24,569 nt of DNA from Arcobacter sp. GTDB taxonomy: Bacteria; Campylobacterota; Campylobacteria; Campylobacterales; Arcobacteraceae. The stretch spans positions 1-24,569 of the forward strand of contig CBFIGT010000009.1 in NCBI GenBank assembly GCA_965662175.1, written 5' to 3'. A program made the translations under genes and the position numbers. Each line of letters opens with the position of its first letter. Position 1 is the stretch's first letter. This document shows positions 1 to 9,213 of this stretch, piece after piece. The notes beneath the pieces were generated by a model that was given only the letters and a program-made list of their open reading frames with translations, was not told where the DNA came from and made no database searches.

Positions 1-365
1 TCACCTTTAAATCCACCTTTTTTAGGAACAGAACCTGTTGCTAATAATACTGATTTTGCTTCTTGTTTTGTCCCATCAGCTAAAATAACTGTAAAAACAT
101 CACCCTCTTTTGTTACTTTTGCAACTTGGTTCATTTCATGCTTTAAACCAAATCTCATTGCTTGTTTTGGCCAAGATTCCATTAAATCCATACCACTTAC
201 AATTTCAACTTGTCCTGGGTAGTTTTCTATTTCACTACTTCCTGTGATTTGACCACCTGGCATTCCCATTTCATACATAGTAACATTTTTAAGGCCACCT
301 CTTGTAGCATATAACCCAGCCGTAAGTCCAGCAGGTCCTCCACCAATAATTGCTAAATCTAACAT
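1..365 (-). CDS. trxB: Thioredoxin-disulfide reductase; 5' part only, continues past the window start
   Basis: Not in the ORF track. Manual translation from ATG at 365 gives [24 protein letters not shown]...[15 protein letters not shown] (FAD-binding GxGxxG and TrxB ENYPG). An AAGGA SD lies upstream and trxA is adjacent. Confidence 0.95.
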   Translation of the reverse strand, partial: MLDLAIIGGGPAGLTAGLYATRGGLKNVTMYEMGMPGGQITGSSEIENYPGQVEIVSGMDLMESWPKQAMRFGLKHEMNQVAKVTKEGDVFTVILADGTKQEAKSVLLATGSVPKKGGFKG

Positions 366-603
366 ATAATTTCCTTTTTTTGTTTTTATACTAAAGAAAC
401 AATTACACAACTAAAAAAGTTTTATAAAGCCAATATGATACTAAATTTTTATTAAGTATTAGGTTAATCATATGAACTTTAAATAAATATTCAAAGGATA
501 ATTTTTTTCTTTTAATATATTTTATCGTATTAAACAATAAGAATTATGAATTTAAAATAGATATATTTTTTACTTTTATATTTTTATATATATTTAAGAA
601 AAT

Positions 604-638
604 AAAAAAGGCAAGACCTAATAAAGTCTTGCCTTTTT
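604..638 (-). terminator. Intrinsic terminator downstream of trxA (bidirectional shape)
   Basis: Inverted repeat aaaaaggcaagac (605-617) / gtcttgccttttt (626-638), with A/T runs on both sides. Confidence 0.85.
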
Positions 639-664
639 ACTTTTATCTTAAAACTATAAATTTA

Positions 665-982
665 TTATAATAATGAGTTAATTTTATCTGCAAATGCTTG
701 TTTAGAAGCAGCACCAATCATTTGGTCAACAACTTCTCCATTTTTCATAAACACAATTGTAGGGATAGATCTAACACCAAATTTTACAGCTAAATCTTGC
801 TCTTCATCAGTATTTACTTTACAAATATTTGCTTTTCCATCAAACTCAACTGCTAATTCATCAATTACAGGAGCTAACATTCTACAAGGTCCACACCATG
901 GAGCCCAGAAATCTACCATAGAAATTCCCTCGTTAACTGTTGCATCAAAATTATCTTGAGTTAGTTCAATATATTTACCCAT
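665..982 (-). CDS. trxA: Thioredoxin
   Basis: 105 aa with WCGPC active site, DFWAPW and SIPT cis-Pro motif. Confidence 0.98.
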   Translation of the reverse strand: MGKYIELTQDNFDATVNEGISMVDFWAPWCGPCRMLAPVIDELAVEFDGKANICKVNTDEEQDLAVKFGVRSIPTIVFMKNGEVVDQMIGAASKQAFADKINSLL

Positions 983-1124
983 TATTTATCCTTTTTTCCA
1001 TATAAAAATTTATGTAAATTATACAGACTTAAACTTAAATAAACTTGTGCTTTTTAATAATATAATCTTTAATAAATTTTATTTTAGATAAAATAATTCT
1101 CTTAAATTATAAATGGATATTTTT

Positions 1125-3680
1125 ATGGACATTAGAAAAGAATACTTAGAGTTTTTTAAAAGCAAAGGGCATGATATTATTTCATCTATGCCTTTAGTAC
1201 CGGACGATCCGACACTGTTATTTACAAATGCAGGAATGGTTCAGTTTAAAGATATTTTTACAGGTGCAATTCCAGCGCCTGTAAATAAAACAGCAACTTC
1301 TTGTCAATTGTGTATACGAGCTGGTGGAAAACACAATGACTTAGAAAATGTAGGATATACAGCACGTCATCATACACTATTTGAGATGTTAGGGAATTTC
1401 TCTTTTGGGGATTACTTCAAAAAAGATGCCATTGCATATGCTTGGGAGTTTATAACTGTAAACTTAAGCCTTCCAATTGATAGATTATGGGTTACAATTC
1501 ATGAAAGTGATGATGAAGCATTTGAGTTATGGAAAAATCACATCAGCCCTGATAGAATTAAAAGATTTGGAGATAAAGATAACTTCTGGTCTATGGGAGA
1601 TACAGGTCCTTGTGGTCCTTGTAGTGAGATTTTTTATGATCAAGGTAGTGAAAACTTTGGAAGTGATGAAGATTATTTAGGTGGAGAGGGTGATAGATTC
1701 TTAGAGATTTGGAACCTTGTATTCATGCAATATAATCAAGCAAAAGATGGAACAAGAACAGCATTACCAAAACCATCAATTGATACAGGTATGGGACTTG
1801 AAAGAGTTATTGCTATTAAAGAGGGTGTTTTTAATAACTTTGATTCTTCAAACTTTAAACCTATTATTGAAAAAGTTGCAAAACTTTCAGGGAAAAAACC
1901 TACAAAAGAGACAATTGGTTCATATAGAGTTATAGCTGATCACCTAAGAGCTGTTTCATTTATGCTAAGTCAAGGAATTTTATTTGGAAATGAGGGAAGA
2001 CCTTATGTAAATAGAAGAATCCTAAGACGTGCTGTAAGACATGGTTATTTATTAGGTTTTAGAGAAGCATTTATGGCTGAGCTTGTTGATGTATTAATCA
2101 ATATTGTTGGAAATCATTATACAGATTTAAAAGAGCAAAGTGCATTTATTAAAGAGCAACTAACTCTTGAAGAGGCTAGATTTTTCAAAACAATAGCAGC
2201 TGGAATGACACTATTTAATGATGAGCTAGAAAATACTAAAGAGTTATTCTCAGGTGAAATTGCTTTTAAACTATATGATACTCACGGTTTCCCTTTGGAT
2301 TTAACTGAAGATATGTTAAGAGATAAAGATTTAAAAGTTGATTTAGAAAAATTTGATGAACTTATGAATGCACAAAGAGCTAAGGCTAAAGCTGCTTGGA
2401 AAGGTAGTGGAGATGAAGCAAATGATGGTGATTTTAAAATTCTTTTAGAAAAATATGGTGTAAATGAGTTTGTAGGATATGAAAATACCTCTTACAAAAG
2501 TAAAATTGTTACAATTTTAGATGAAAAATTCAATGAAGTAAGCTATTTAGATAAAGGTAAAACTGGTTGGATAATGCTAGAGAAAACTCCTTTTTATGCC
2601 ACAAGTGGTGGACAAAGTGGAGATATTGGAGCTATTGAAGATAAAGAGCATATTGCTATTGTTGAAGAGACTTCAAAATTTCATGGAATTAATTTATCTA
2701 AAGTAACTGTTGAAAACTCTAACTTAAAAGCTGGGGAAGAGGTAGATGCAATAGTTGTAAATAGATATGAAATTGCAAAACATCATAGTGCAACACACCT
2801 TTTACAAAGTGCCCTTAAGATGGTTTTAGGTGATACTGTTTCTCAAGCTGGTTCTTTAAATGATGCTTCAAGATTAAGATTTGACTTTACCTATCCAAAA
2901 GCTGTGACAAATGAGCAAATTGAAGAGGTTCAGGATTTAGTTAACTCTATGGTTACAAGAGGACTTACAGGAACTGTTGAAGAGTTACCAATTGAACAAG
3001 CAAAAGAGAAAGGTGCTATTGCTATGTTTGGTGAAAAATATGGAGATATGGTTAGAGTTGTAAACTTTGAAGATGTTTCTGTAGAGTTTTGTGGAGGAAC
3101 ACATGTACGAAACTCAAGTGATATTGGAAGCTTTTATATTATAAAAGAGTCAGGAGTTAGTGCAGGTGTACGAAGAATAGAGGCTGTTTGTGGATTATCA
3201 GCAATTAAATATACGAATGCTGTAATTTCTAAAATGACTGAAATTGAAAATGAGATTAAAAACTCTGATGTAATATCTGGAATTAAAAAATTAAAAGAGC
3301 AAATTAAATCTTTAAAACAAGAGTTAAACGAAGCTCAAAGTGCAAGTGTAACACCAATAAAAGAAGAGATGATTGGAGATACAAAAGTTATTGTTGATAT
3401 TGTTCCAAATGGAGATATCAAAAAAATCGTTGATGATGCAAAAAATGCAAATGAGAAACTAGCTATTTTATTAATCCAAGCAAAAGATGACAAAGTTATG
3501 TTAGTTGCTGGGTCTAAAAATACAAATATCAAAGCTGGAAACTGGATAAAAGAGATAGCACCAATTGTAGGTGGAGGTGGAGGTGGAAGACCTGACTTCG
3601 CACAAGCAGGTGGAAAAGATGTAAGTAAAATTGATGAAGCTAAAGAGAAAGCTTTAGCTTATGTAAAAGAGAATATATAA
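1125..3680 (+). CDS. alaS: Alanine--tRNA ligase
   Basis: Motifs [38 protein letters not shown], editing HxxxH (HHSATHLL) and CGGTH, and C-terminal [14 protein letters not shown]. Start placed at the second ATG (MDIRKEYL), which has GGA upstream; the ORF track starts at 1113. Confidence 0.97.
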   Translation: MDIRKEYLEFFKSKGHDIISSMPLVPDDPTLLFTNAGMVQFKDIFTGAIPAPVNKTATSCQLCIRAGGKHNDLENVGYTARHHTLFEMLGNFSFGDYFKKDAIAYAWEFITVNLSLPIDRLWVTIHESDDEAFELWKNHISPDRIKRFGDKDNFWSMGDTGPCGPCSEIFYDQGSENFGSDEDYLGGEGDRFLEIWNLVFMQYNQAKDGTRTALPKPSIDTGMGLERVIAIKEGVFNNFDSSNFKPIIEKVAKLSGKKPTKETIGSYRVIADHLRAVSFMLSQGILFGNEGRPYVNRRILRRAVRHGYLLGFREAFMAELVDVLINIVGNHYTDLKEQSAFIKEQLTLEEARFFKTIAAGMTLFNDELENTKELFSGEIAFKLYDTHGFPLDLTEDMLRDKDLKVDLEKFDELMNAQRAKAKAAWKGSGDEANDGDFKILLEKYGVNEFVGYENTSYKSKIVTILDEKFNEVSYLDKGKTGWIMLEKTPFYATSGGQSGDIGAIEDKEHIAIVEETSKFHGINLSKVTVENSNLKAGEEVDAIVVNRYEIAKHHSATHLLQSALKMVLGDTVSQAGSLNDASRLRFDFTYPKAVTNEQIEEVQDLVNSMVTRGLTGTVEELPIEQAKEKGAIAMFGEKYGDMVRVVNFEDVSVEFCGGTHVRNSSDIGSFYIIKESGVSAGVRRIEAVCGLSAIKYTNAVISKMTEIENEIKNSDVISGIKKLKEQIKSLKQELNEAQSASVTPIKEEMIGDTKVIVDIVPNGDIKKIVDDAKNANEKLAILLIQAKDDKVMLVAGSKNTNIKAGNWIKEIAPIVGGGGGGRPDFAQAGGKDVSKIDEAKEKALAYVKENI

Positions 3681-3685
3681 GGTAA

Positions 3686-4168
3686 ATGATGAAAGAGATT
3701 TTTTTATCAATGCCTGGCTTAATAGTTTTTTTACATGTAATAAGTGCTGTTTTATGGGTAGGTGGAATGTTAGCAATTAGATTTGCCGTTCACTACTCTA
3801 TGCAAAATATAGAAGAGCCAAAGATAAAACTTGGAAGAACTTTAGAGAATCTAAAAAGATTTTTTTCTATGGTTATTCCAGCTATTTTAATTTTACTTAT
3901 AACTGCTATTATGATGATTTTAGGACTTGAGTTAAAAGCAAGTCCACTTTATAGTTATGCACTTATTAAAGAAGTTATTTGGACTGTTATGACTTTGATT
4001 TTTATTTATATTTATATTAGAAGAAATCAGGCTCAAAAACATTTTGACAAGGGAGAACTTCCCCTTGCAAAAGCAAAACTAGAACCAATTGCTAAAATAT
4101 TTATTCCCATAAATATAATATTAGGAGTTGTAGCTATTTATTTAGGAGTAACACTTAGAGGATTTTAA
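3686..4168 (+). CDS. Four-TM membrane protein, CopD/DUF4149-like
   Basis: LHVISAVLWVGGM motif and 4 hydrophobic segments. Starts 5 bp after alaS with an AAGG SD. Confidence 0.6.
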   Translation: MMKEIFLSMPGLIVFLHVISAVLWVGGMLAIRFAVHYSMQNIEEPKIKLGRTLENLKRFFSMVIPAILILLITAIMMILGLELKASPLYSYALIKEVIWTVMTLIFIYIYIRRNQAQKHFDKGELPLAKAKLEPIAKIFIPINIILGVVAIYLGVTLRGF

Positions 4169-4185
4169 TCCTCTTTACTCTTTTC
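4157..4185 (+). terminator. Probable terminator overlapping the stop codon of the alaS-linked gene
   Basis: Stem agaggat (4157-4163) / atcctct (4168-4174) followed by a T-rich tail. Confidence 0.55.
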
Positions 4186-4209
4186 TATTTTTTTGATATA
4201 TTTATAATT

Positions 4210-4716
4210 ATGAAAAAAATATTTATACTTATTCCCATCTTTTCAATATTTTTCTTTAGTGCTTGTTCTATTAGTACAAACTCTATTACAACAAATAAAA
4301 AAGATATCTCTTCTTATAAAAACAGTAAAACATATAAAAATATCAATATTTCCGATGCCTTATTATCTCACTATAAAGAGTGGGAAGGTGTGCGATATAA
4401 GTATGGTGGAAATACAAAAAATGGAATTGATTGCTCTTTTTTTGTAAAAGATAGTTTTATAAGTTTAAATAAAAAACTTCCAAGAACAACTTATTTTCAA
4501 GCAAAATCAGGAATTCCTATTTCAAAAAATGAGTTAAGACTGGGTGATTTGGTCTTTTTTATAACAAGTAAAAAAGGAACACGTCATGTGGGAATATATC
4601 TTGATGATGGAGATTTTATGCATGTTTCAACATCAAGGGGCGTAATGATATCAAGTTTAGAAAATCCCTATTGGAAAAGACACTATTGGAAAGCAAAAAG
4701 GGTTTTACTTGACTAA
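4210..4716 (+). CDS. NlpC/P60 (C40) peptidoglycan endopeptidase lipoprotein
   Basis: Lipobox FSAC; YKYGG...GIDCS (catalytic Cys); LPRTT; GDLVFF; HVGIY and MH catalytic histidines; YWK tail. Confidence 0.93.
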   Translation: MKKIFILIPIFSIFFFSACSISTNSITTNKKDISSYKNSKTYKNINISDALLSHYKEWEGVRYKYGGNTKNGIDCSFFVKDSFISLNKKLPRTTYFQAKSGIPISKNELRLGDLVFFITSKKGTRHVGIYLDDGDFMHVSTSRGVMISSLENPYWKRHYWKAKRVLLD

Positions 4717-5642
4717 AACCCTCCATACCAAAAAATATAAAGTGGAATTGTAATAACAGAAACAACTGTACTTAAAAATACAGCCAAACTAGCTTTTTCA
4801 GGTTTTGCATTTAATAAAACAGCTAAAGTAACTGTATTTCCAGCAAGTGGAACTATTGCAAATAAAAATAATACCTTATATAAATCTTCATTTAAAATAA
4901 ACAAAAAGTTTTTATCTAAGTAAATTACACCTAAAATAGCCAATGGCCAAAAAATAAATTTTAGAAAAAATGTAATTGAGATAAATTTCATATCAAAATT
5001 ATCGGGTTCACCCTTTAAGCCAATTAATCCCATACCAAGCATCATCATACCTAATATCCCATAAGCTCCCTTAAACTGTCCCGTATAAGAGCTAATAGTC
5101 TCAGGTATTTCAAAACCAGCAATATTTAAAATAATACCTAAAACAAAGGCATAAAGTATTGGAAGTCTTGACATCTTTTTTAAAGCTTGAGCAACTGTAA
5201 AATTACCCTTTGCTGTTACATAAAATCCACTTGTGCTTTCATATAATAGTGATGCTAGTACTGTAAAAATATAAATATCAGCTAAATGGGGTGGAAATAA
5301 AATTATAGCTAGTGGAATACCAAAAAAGCCCGTATTTCCAGTGCCTGCACTAAAAGATAGAATATTTCCTGTTGGGTCTTTCCAAGAGTTTTGAAAAAGT
5401 GCTAGGGAAATAAAAGCAATAATTGAGCAAAAAATAAATAAAAATATTGGAAGAATTGCAACTGCAAAATCTATTTTTACACTAAGTGTTGCTGAAAATA
5501 CAACAATAGGCCCTAAGATATAAATAAGTAGTGTTGCTATTGATTCTCGTTTTACATCCAATATTTTTGAAGATAAATATCCTAAAATAACATTAATATA
5601 AATTGGAAAAACTTTTAAAAGAATTACAAAAAAAAGGCTCAT
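4713..5642 (-). CDS. AEC (auxin efflux carrier / membrane transport protein) family transporter
   Basis: 309 aa with ~10 TMs, GNTGFFGIPLA motif, RLPILYA and C-terminal FLSTVVSVITIP. Confidence 0.88.
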   Translation of the reverse strand: MSLFFVILLKVFPIYINVILGYLSSKILDVKRESIATLLIYILGPIVVFSATLSVKIDFAVAILPIFLFIFCSIIAFISLALFQNSWKDPTGNILSFSAGTGNTGFFGIPLAIILFPPHLADIYIFTVLASLLYESTSGFYVTAKGNFTVAQALKKMSRLPILYAFVLGIILNIAGFEIPETISSYTGQFKGAYGILGMMMLGMGLIGLKGEPDNFDMKFISITFFLKFIFWPLAILGVIYLDKNFLFILNEDLYKVLFLFAIVPLAGNTVTLAVLLNAKPEKASLAVFLSTVVSVITIPLYIFWYGGF

Positions 5643-5686
5643 CTAATATTTCCTTGAGGAGAATCCAAAAACAAGTGAGCCTTTTT
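5631..5686 (-). promoter_or_regulatory. Attenuator-like hairpin covering the AEC start codon
   Basis: Perfect 11-bp inverted repeat (5631-5641 / 5676-5686). The SD lies in the loop, and the GC core of the stem is followed by U8 in the mRNA. Confidence 0.5.
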
Positions 5687-5782
5687 ATGAGGAATAACGA
5701 TTTTATAGAAGAGTTTAAATTGCAAAAAGGAGTCAGAAAGGTACAATTTAAAGTTTGATTTAATAGTATATTTTAATTTCAA
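5639..5782 (-). CDS. Putative 47-aa leader peptide / small ORF coupled to the AEC transporter
   Basis: TTG start 6 nt after an AAGGA SD. Open frame MKLKYTIKSNFKLYLSDSFLQFKLFYKIVIPHKKAHLFLDSPQGNIR. Its TGA overlaps the transporter ATG (ATGA). Confidence 0.55.
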   Translation of the reverse strand: MKLKYTIKSNFKLYLSDSFLQFKLFYKIVIPHKKAHLFLDSPQGNIR

Positions 5783-5800
5783 TGCTATTCCTTGAGTAGA

Positions 5801-5822
5801 ATTATATATTTATCATATGATA
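5801..5822 (-). promoter_or_regulatory. Putative sigma70 -10 box with adjacent palindrome for the leader/AEC unit
   Basis: TATAAT on the minus strand (5806-5801) and perfect palindrome TATCATATGATA (5811-5822). Confidence 0.35.
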
Positions 5823-5836
5823 TAATTATGACATTT

Positions 5837-7123
5837 TTATTTTACTATAAAATTATCTAAAATAAATAATGATATTACAGAAAAAATATAGATTTTAATA
5901 ACATATGGTAAATTAAGCAATAAAATCTCTTTTGCACTTATCTTATACCTTGATTGCATAGTAAGACTTAAGCCACTAAATGGCGAAGTTGCAACTGTTG
6001 TTGACCATGCAAGTAAAAAAGTTATAGCCAATAAGGTATGATTAAATTGACTCATTATATCACCAATAATTGCAATTGCAATAATTGGATGTATTCCAAT
6101 AAAAGATAATAGTATAAATATAAATAATGTAATTGAAGCCTCTTGCCAACCATAGTTTTCAAAAGGTACCTCAATATTAAATCCTGATAATAAACTACTA
6201 ACTGAAACTCCAAACATACCAGCAACTATAAATAAAGAGAGTTCCATTTTCATTTTTGGAAGTTCATTAAAATGATAATCTTTGAAAATATTTACTGTAT
6301 TTTTTATACCATTTTTAAATATTACTACAAATAGTGTTATTAAAAAAGAGTATAAAGCTACTATAATTATAACTTTTAGATTTTCGTTAATATAGTGGGT
6401 AAGAAGTGTTAAAACAGCTAAAAGAAAAGGTAAATATAGTGTTTGAAAACTAATTGGATATCCAACAAAACTATCTATGTCAAATTTTGTTTTAGCATCA
6501 TAAAAGGTGATTAAAAAAGCTAAAAATGCAAAAAACAAGCCATTTATTAAAATAGTAGATTTATCAAAATTTGGAACATATGTCAAAGCTGCTGCAAATG
6601 CTACAAAAAATGGTGACCAAAAGGCATCTGAAGCAAAAGCTCTTGATAAAACAATAATTTGAAGAGCTTTTAACTCCCCTTTTTTATACATTTTATCAGC
6701 AACTAAAACCAAGGAAAGTAAATTTAATACAGAACCAAATAGATGTATTCCTAAATATGTTTTAAAAAATGAGTTCCAAGATGAACTATTTTTATCAACA
6801 CTCTCTATTTTAGGAGTTGCTATGATTTTTAAATATCCAACACCTATTAATAGACTAAAAAGAAATTGATTTATAGTAAATACTTTTATGAAATTTATTT
6901 CAAAACCATAATAAATAGCTATTAAAAAATTTATAGCACTTAAAACTAATAGTATTACAATAAGACCCCGTCTAACTAGAGTTTTAAATAAAAGAATAAA
7001 AGTTAACCAAGCAAAAATTCCTGCAAAAATAAAAATATCATTATTAAAAAAGTATGCAATATTTGTAAAAACAAATGATAAAAATATTAAAACTCCTGAA
7101 ACTTTTTCTAAACTATTTTTCAC
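5837..7123 (-). CDS. Uncharacterised multi-pass membrane transporter (ion-transporter-superfamily-like)
   Basis: 428 aa with >=12 hydrophobic segments and RAF...WSPFF and GIHPII motifs. GTG start overlaps the upstream DMT gene. Confidence 0.6.
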   Translation of the reverse strand: MKNSLEKVSGVLIFLSFVFTNIAYFFNNDIFIFAGIFAWLTFILLFKTLVRRGLIVILLVLSAINFLIAIYYGFEINFIKVFTINQFLFSLLIGVGYLKIIATPKIESVDKNSSSWNSFFKTYLGIHLFGSVLNLLSLVLVADKMYKKGELKALQIIVLSRAFASDAFWSPFFVAFAAALTYVPNFDKSTILINGLFFAFLAFLITFYDAKTKFDIDSFVGYPISFQTLYLPFLLAVLTLLTHYINENLKVIIIVALYSFLITLFVVIFKNGIKNTVNIFKDYHFNELPKMKMELSLFIVAGMFGVSVSSLLSGFNIEVPFENYGWQEASITLFIFILLSFIGIHPIIAIAIIGDIMSQFNHTLLAITFLLAWSTTVATSPFSGLSLTMQSRYKISAKEILLLNLPYVIKIYIFSVISLFILDNFIVK

Positions 7124-8006
7124 TATTTCTCTTTTTTAAAAAAATTGATAAATATATTCCTAAAGCTATAAATAAAACCCCAATTAAATGATAAAACTCT
7201 AAGCTCTCATCCAAAAACAGAAAAGCTAAAAATGAACCAAAAATAGGCATAAGATGAGTAAACTGCCCTGCTTTATTAGCACCAACTTCAACAGTTGCAA
7301 TATTCCAAAAATAAAAAGATAAAATTGATGGAAAAACAGCCATATAAAGTAGTGAATATAAAACACTATCATCTTTAAGAAAAATATACTCTAATTTAAA
7401 ATCAAAAAATAGAATAATCAAAAATAAAAATAAAACACCAATAAAAGTAATAATAGAGAGAAAATCAAAAGCACTTATCTCTTTTGGTTTATATTTTAAA
7501 TAAATAGAGTAAATAGCCCAAGAGATACAAGCTAAAATAATCCATAAATCATATAAAGAAAACTCCAAATTAATTAAAGCATTTATATCACCTTTTAAAA
7601 TAAGAAATATAACACCAATTGTAGATAAAACAACTCCTAAAACTTGTATTTTTGTAATTTTTGTTTTAAGTATTATTGCCGATAAAAGTATAATAAATAT
7701 TGGTGTTGAAGAGTTTATAAGTAGGGCGTTTGTAGCACTTATATAATCTAAACCAAAATATACAAAAGTATTATAAGCACTAACACCTAATAAAGCAAAA
7801 AGAGTATATAAATAGGGATTTTTTTTAAAAATTTTTATTAGTTTTTTGTGATTAATTATAATATATGGAGATAAGATTAATAAAACAAAAAACCATCTAA
7901 AAAAAGATAACTCCATTGCTGAAATTTCAGCTGATACAAATCTTCCTAAAACAAAATTTCCCGACCAAAAAAGAACAGCCAAAATTAGATAAAAATAGTA
8001 TTTCAT
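7113..8006 (-). CDS. DMT/EamA family transporter
   Basis: 297 aa, 10 TMs in two EamA repeats. Motifs FWSGNFVLGR, ISATNALLINSSTP and GANKAGQFTHLMPIFG. Confidence 0.92.
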   Translation of the reverse strand: MKYYFYLILAVLFWSGNFVLGRFVSAEISAMELSFFRWFFVLLILSPYIIINHKKLIKIFKKNPYLYTLFALLGVSAYNTFVYFGLDYISATNALLINSSTPIFIILLSAIILKTKITKIQVLGVVLSTIGVIFLILKGDINALINLEFSLYDLWIILACISWAIYSIYLKYKPKEISAFDFLSIITFIGVLFLFLIILFFDFKLEYIFLKDDSVLYSLLYMAVFPSILSFYFWNIATVEVGANKAGQFTHLMPIFGSFLAFLFLDESLEFYHLIGVLFIALGIYLSIFLKKRNSEK

Positions 8007-8122
8007 TTTTTTATATCTTGAAAAAGAGTTAAAAGATTAAATTTTATATTTTGATTCATTTGCGTAAAATAACATAATTGTATTAAATTACTATTTAATA
8101 TATAAAATTAAAAGGATTTTTA

Positions 8123-8668
8123 GTGATAAGACTTGGTTCAAATTCAGAAACTAGAGCAAAAATATTGAAAGAGCATAATATAGAGTTTATACAAAATGGT
8201 GGAGAGTTTGATGAGGACTCAATAAAAACAACAAATCCAAAGAGTTTTGTATATGAAGCAACTTTAGGAAAGTTTAATGAATTATATAAAAAATATGGTA
8301 TTGGTGATTATCCTCTTTTAGTTGCTGATTCAGTAGTTACAGCTAATGGAGAGCTTTTAAGAAAAGCAAAAGATTATAATGATGCAAAAAGAATGTTAAA
8401 TCTTCAAAGTCAAAATCAAACATCTGTAATTACATGTATGAAATATAAAAGTAAAGATATTGAGTTAATTGATATCTCAATTACTACATATATCTTTGAT
8501 AAATTTGATGAAAATGAATTAAAAAAATATTTAGATTCAAATGAGTGGAAAGGTAAGGCAGGGGCTATTATGGTTGAGGGTTTTTGCAAACCTTATATAA
8601 AAAATGTAATTGGCTATGAATCAACAGCAATGGGACTTTGTGTTGAAAAACTAATAACTTTTAAATAG
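8123..8668 (+). CDS. maf: Maf family nucleoside-triphosphate pyrophosphatase
   Basis: LGSNSETR (LAS.S.RR-like), FDE, VADSVV, WKGKAGA and VIG...MGL motifs. GTG start with AAGGA SD. Confidence 0.9.
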   Translation: MIRLGSNSETRAKILKEHNIEFIQNGGEFDEDSIKTTNPKSFVYEATLGKFNELYKKYGIGDYPLLVADSVVTANGELLRKAKDYNDAKRMLNLQSQNQTSVITCMKYKSKDIELIDISITTYIFDKFDENELKKYLDSNEWKGKAGAIMVEGFCKPYIKNVIGYESTAMGLCVEKLITFK

Positions 8669-8676
8669 TTATTTTC

Positions 8677-8789
8677 TAATACTTTTATAATACTATTTAA
8701 AATTTAATTTATTATTAGATTTTAAATAGCCTATATAAAAGGCTTCATAAAAATTATTTCATTTTGAAAATAGTATCAGAAAAGTATTA
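8677..8789. repeat. Pair of 22-bp inverted repeats upstream of the tad promoter, each with 11-bp-spaced ATACT direct repeats
   Basis: taatacttttataatactattt (8677-8698) matches the reverse complement of 8768-8789 (taatacttttctgatactattt) at 20/22 positions. Confidence 0.6.
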
Positions 8790-8815
8790 TTTTAATATTA
8801 TTTTAAGTTTACTAC

Positions 8816-8824
8816 TGTCATAAT
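8816..8824 (+). promoter_or_regulatory. Putative extended -10 promoter (TGtCATAAT) of the tad operon
   Basis: TGn plus a near-consensus -10 hexamer. The predicted TSS (~8831) falls just before the riboswitch. Confidence 0.5.
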
Positions 8825-8832
8825 TTCAATAT

Positions 8833-8915
8833 ATAAAATGTTAAGCCAAACTTATCGTGAGGTAAGGACGGAAAGCCACGGGTCTTTGTTTGTAAGATAG
8901 CCGGGTTACAAAATC
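8833..8915 (+). ncRNA. c-di-GMP-I (GEMM) riboswitch aptamer
   Basis: G-CC-AAA-[cttatc-GTGA-ggtaag]-GAC-GG-AAAGCC...GGGTCT...AGATAGCCGGGTTAC fits the GEMM consensus. It has a GNRA-capped P2 and a CC/GG covariation at the base of P2. Ligand-contact equivalents are G20 (8845), A47 (8872) and C92 (8909). Confidence 0.93.
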
Positions 8916-8993
8916 TACTAAAATTCTTTTTGTACCCTATGCAATTTTCCCAACATTTAAATTTATTTTATCTATAACTTTAAGGAGTATAAG

Positions 8994-9179
8994 ATGTTTG
9001 ATTTTATTAAAAGAAGATTACAAAGTGATAGAGGTGCTATGGACAAAATTTTAGTAACTCTGCTTTTAGTTGTTGTTGGAATTGGTGCTGTTGTTGGATT
9101 AAGTACATGGATGAGCGGACAATCTGATGAAATTAAAACTGATGCTGAAACTACAGTTGATGCATTAAAAAATAACTAA
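8994..9179 (+). CDS. flp: Flp-type major pilin (atypical; no E+5/Y+6)
   Basis: 61 aa with a basic leader ending SDRG, then a hydrophobic helix. Strong AAGGAG SD. First gene of a tad cluster, next to a prepilin peptidase. Confidence 0.85.
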   Translation: MFDFIKRRLQSDRGAMDKILVTLLLVVVGIGAVVGLSTWMSGQSDEIKTDAETTVDALKNN

Positions 9180-9187
9180 CAAGAGAG

Positions 9188-9207
9188 TGTGAGCTTTTAA
9201 GCTCACA
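9188..9207 (+). promoter_or_regulatory. Intergenic stem-loop after flp
   Basis: tgtgagct / agctcaca 8-bp stem with a 4-nt loop and no U tract. It ends 6 nt before the tadV ATG. Confidence 0.65.
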
Positions 9208-9213
9208 ATCCTT

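Noticed and set aside
466..476. ATCATATGA shared between the trxB upstream region and 5812-5820 as a common operator
   Set aside because: A short AT-rich match with dissimilar flanks, expected by chance.
1477..3532. Short ORFs nested in alaS (1477-1680, 1717-1935, 3335-3532)
   Set aside because: Off-frame or antisense shadows of a conserved gene, with no recognisable motifs.
8677..8789. IS/MITE or att site bounding the tad locus
   Set aside because: No transposase or integrase, no target-site duplication, and no matching repeat at the dxs end. Kept only as a regulatory-repeat candidate.
8845..8909. 3',3'-cGAMP-sensing (GEMM-Ib) variant of the riboswitch
   Set aside because: The position-20 equivalent is G (8845), not A, and C92 is retained, which is the c-di-GMP signature.
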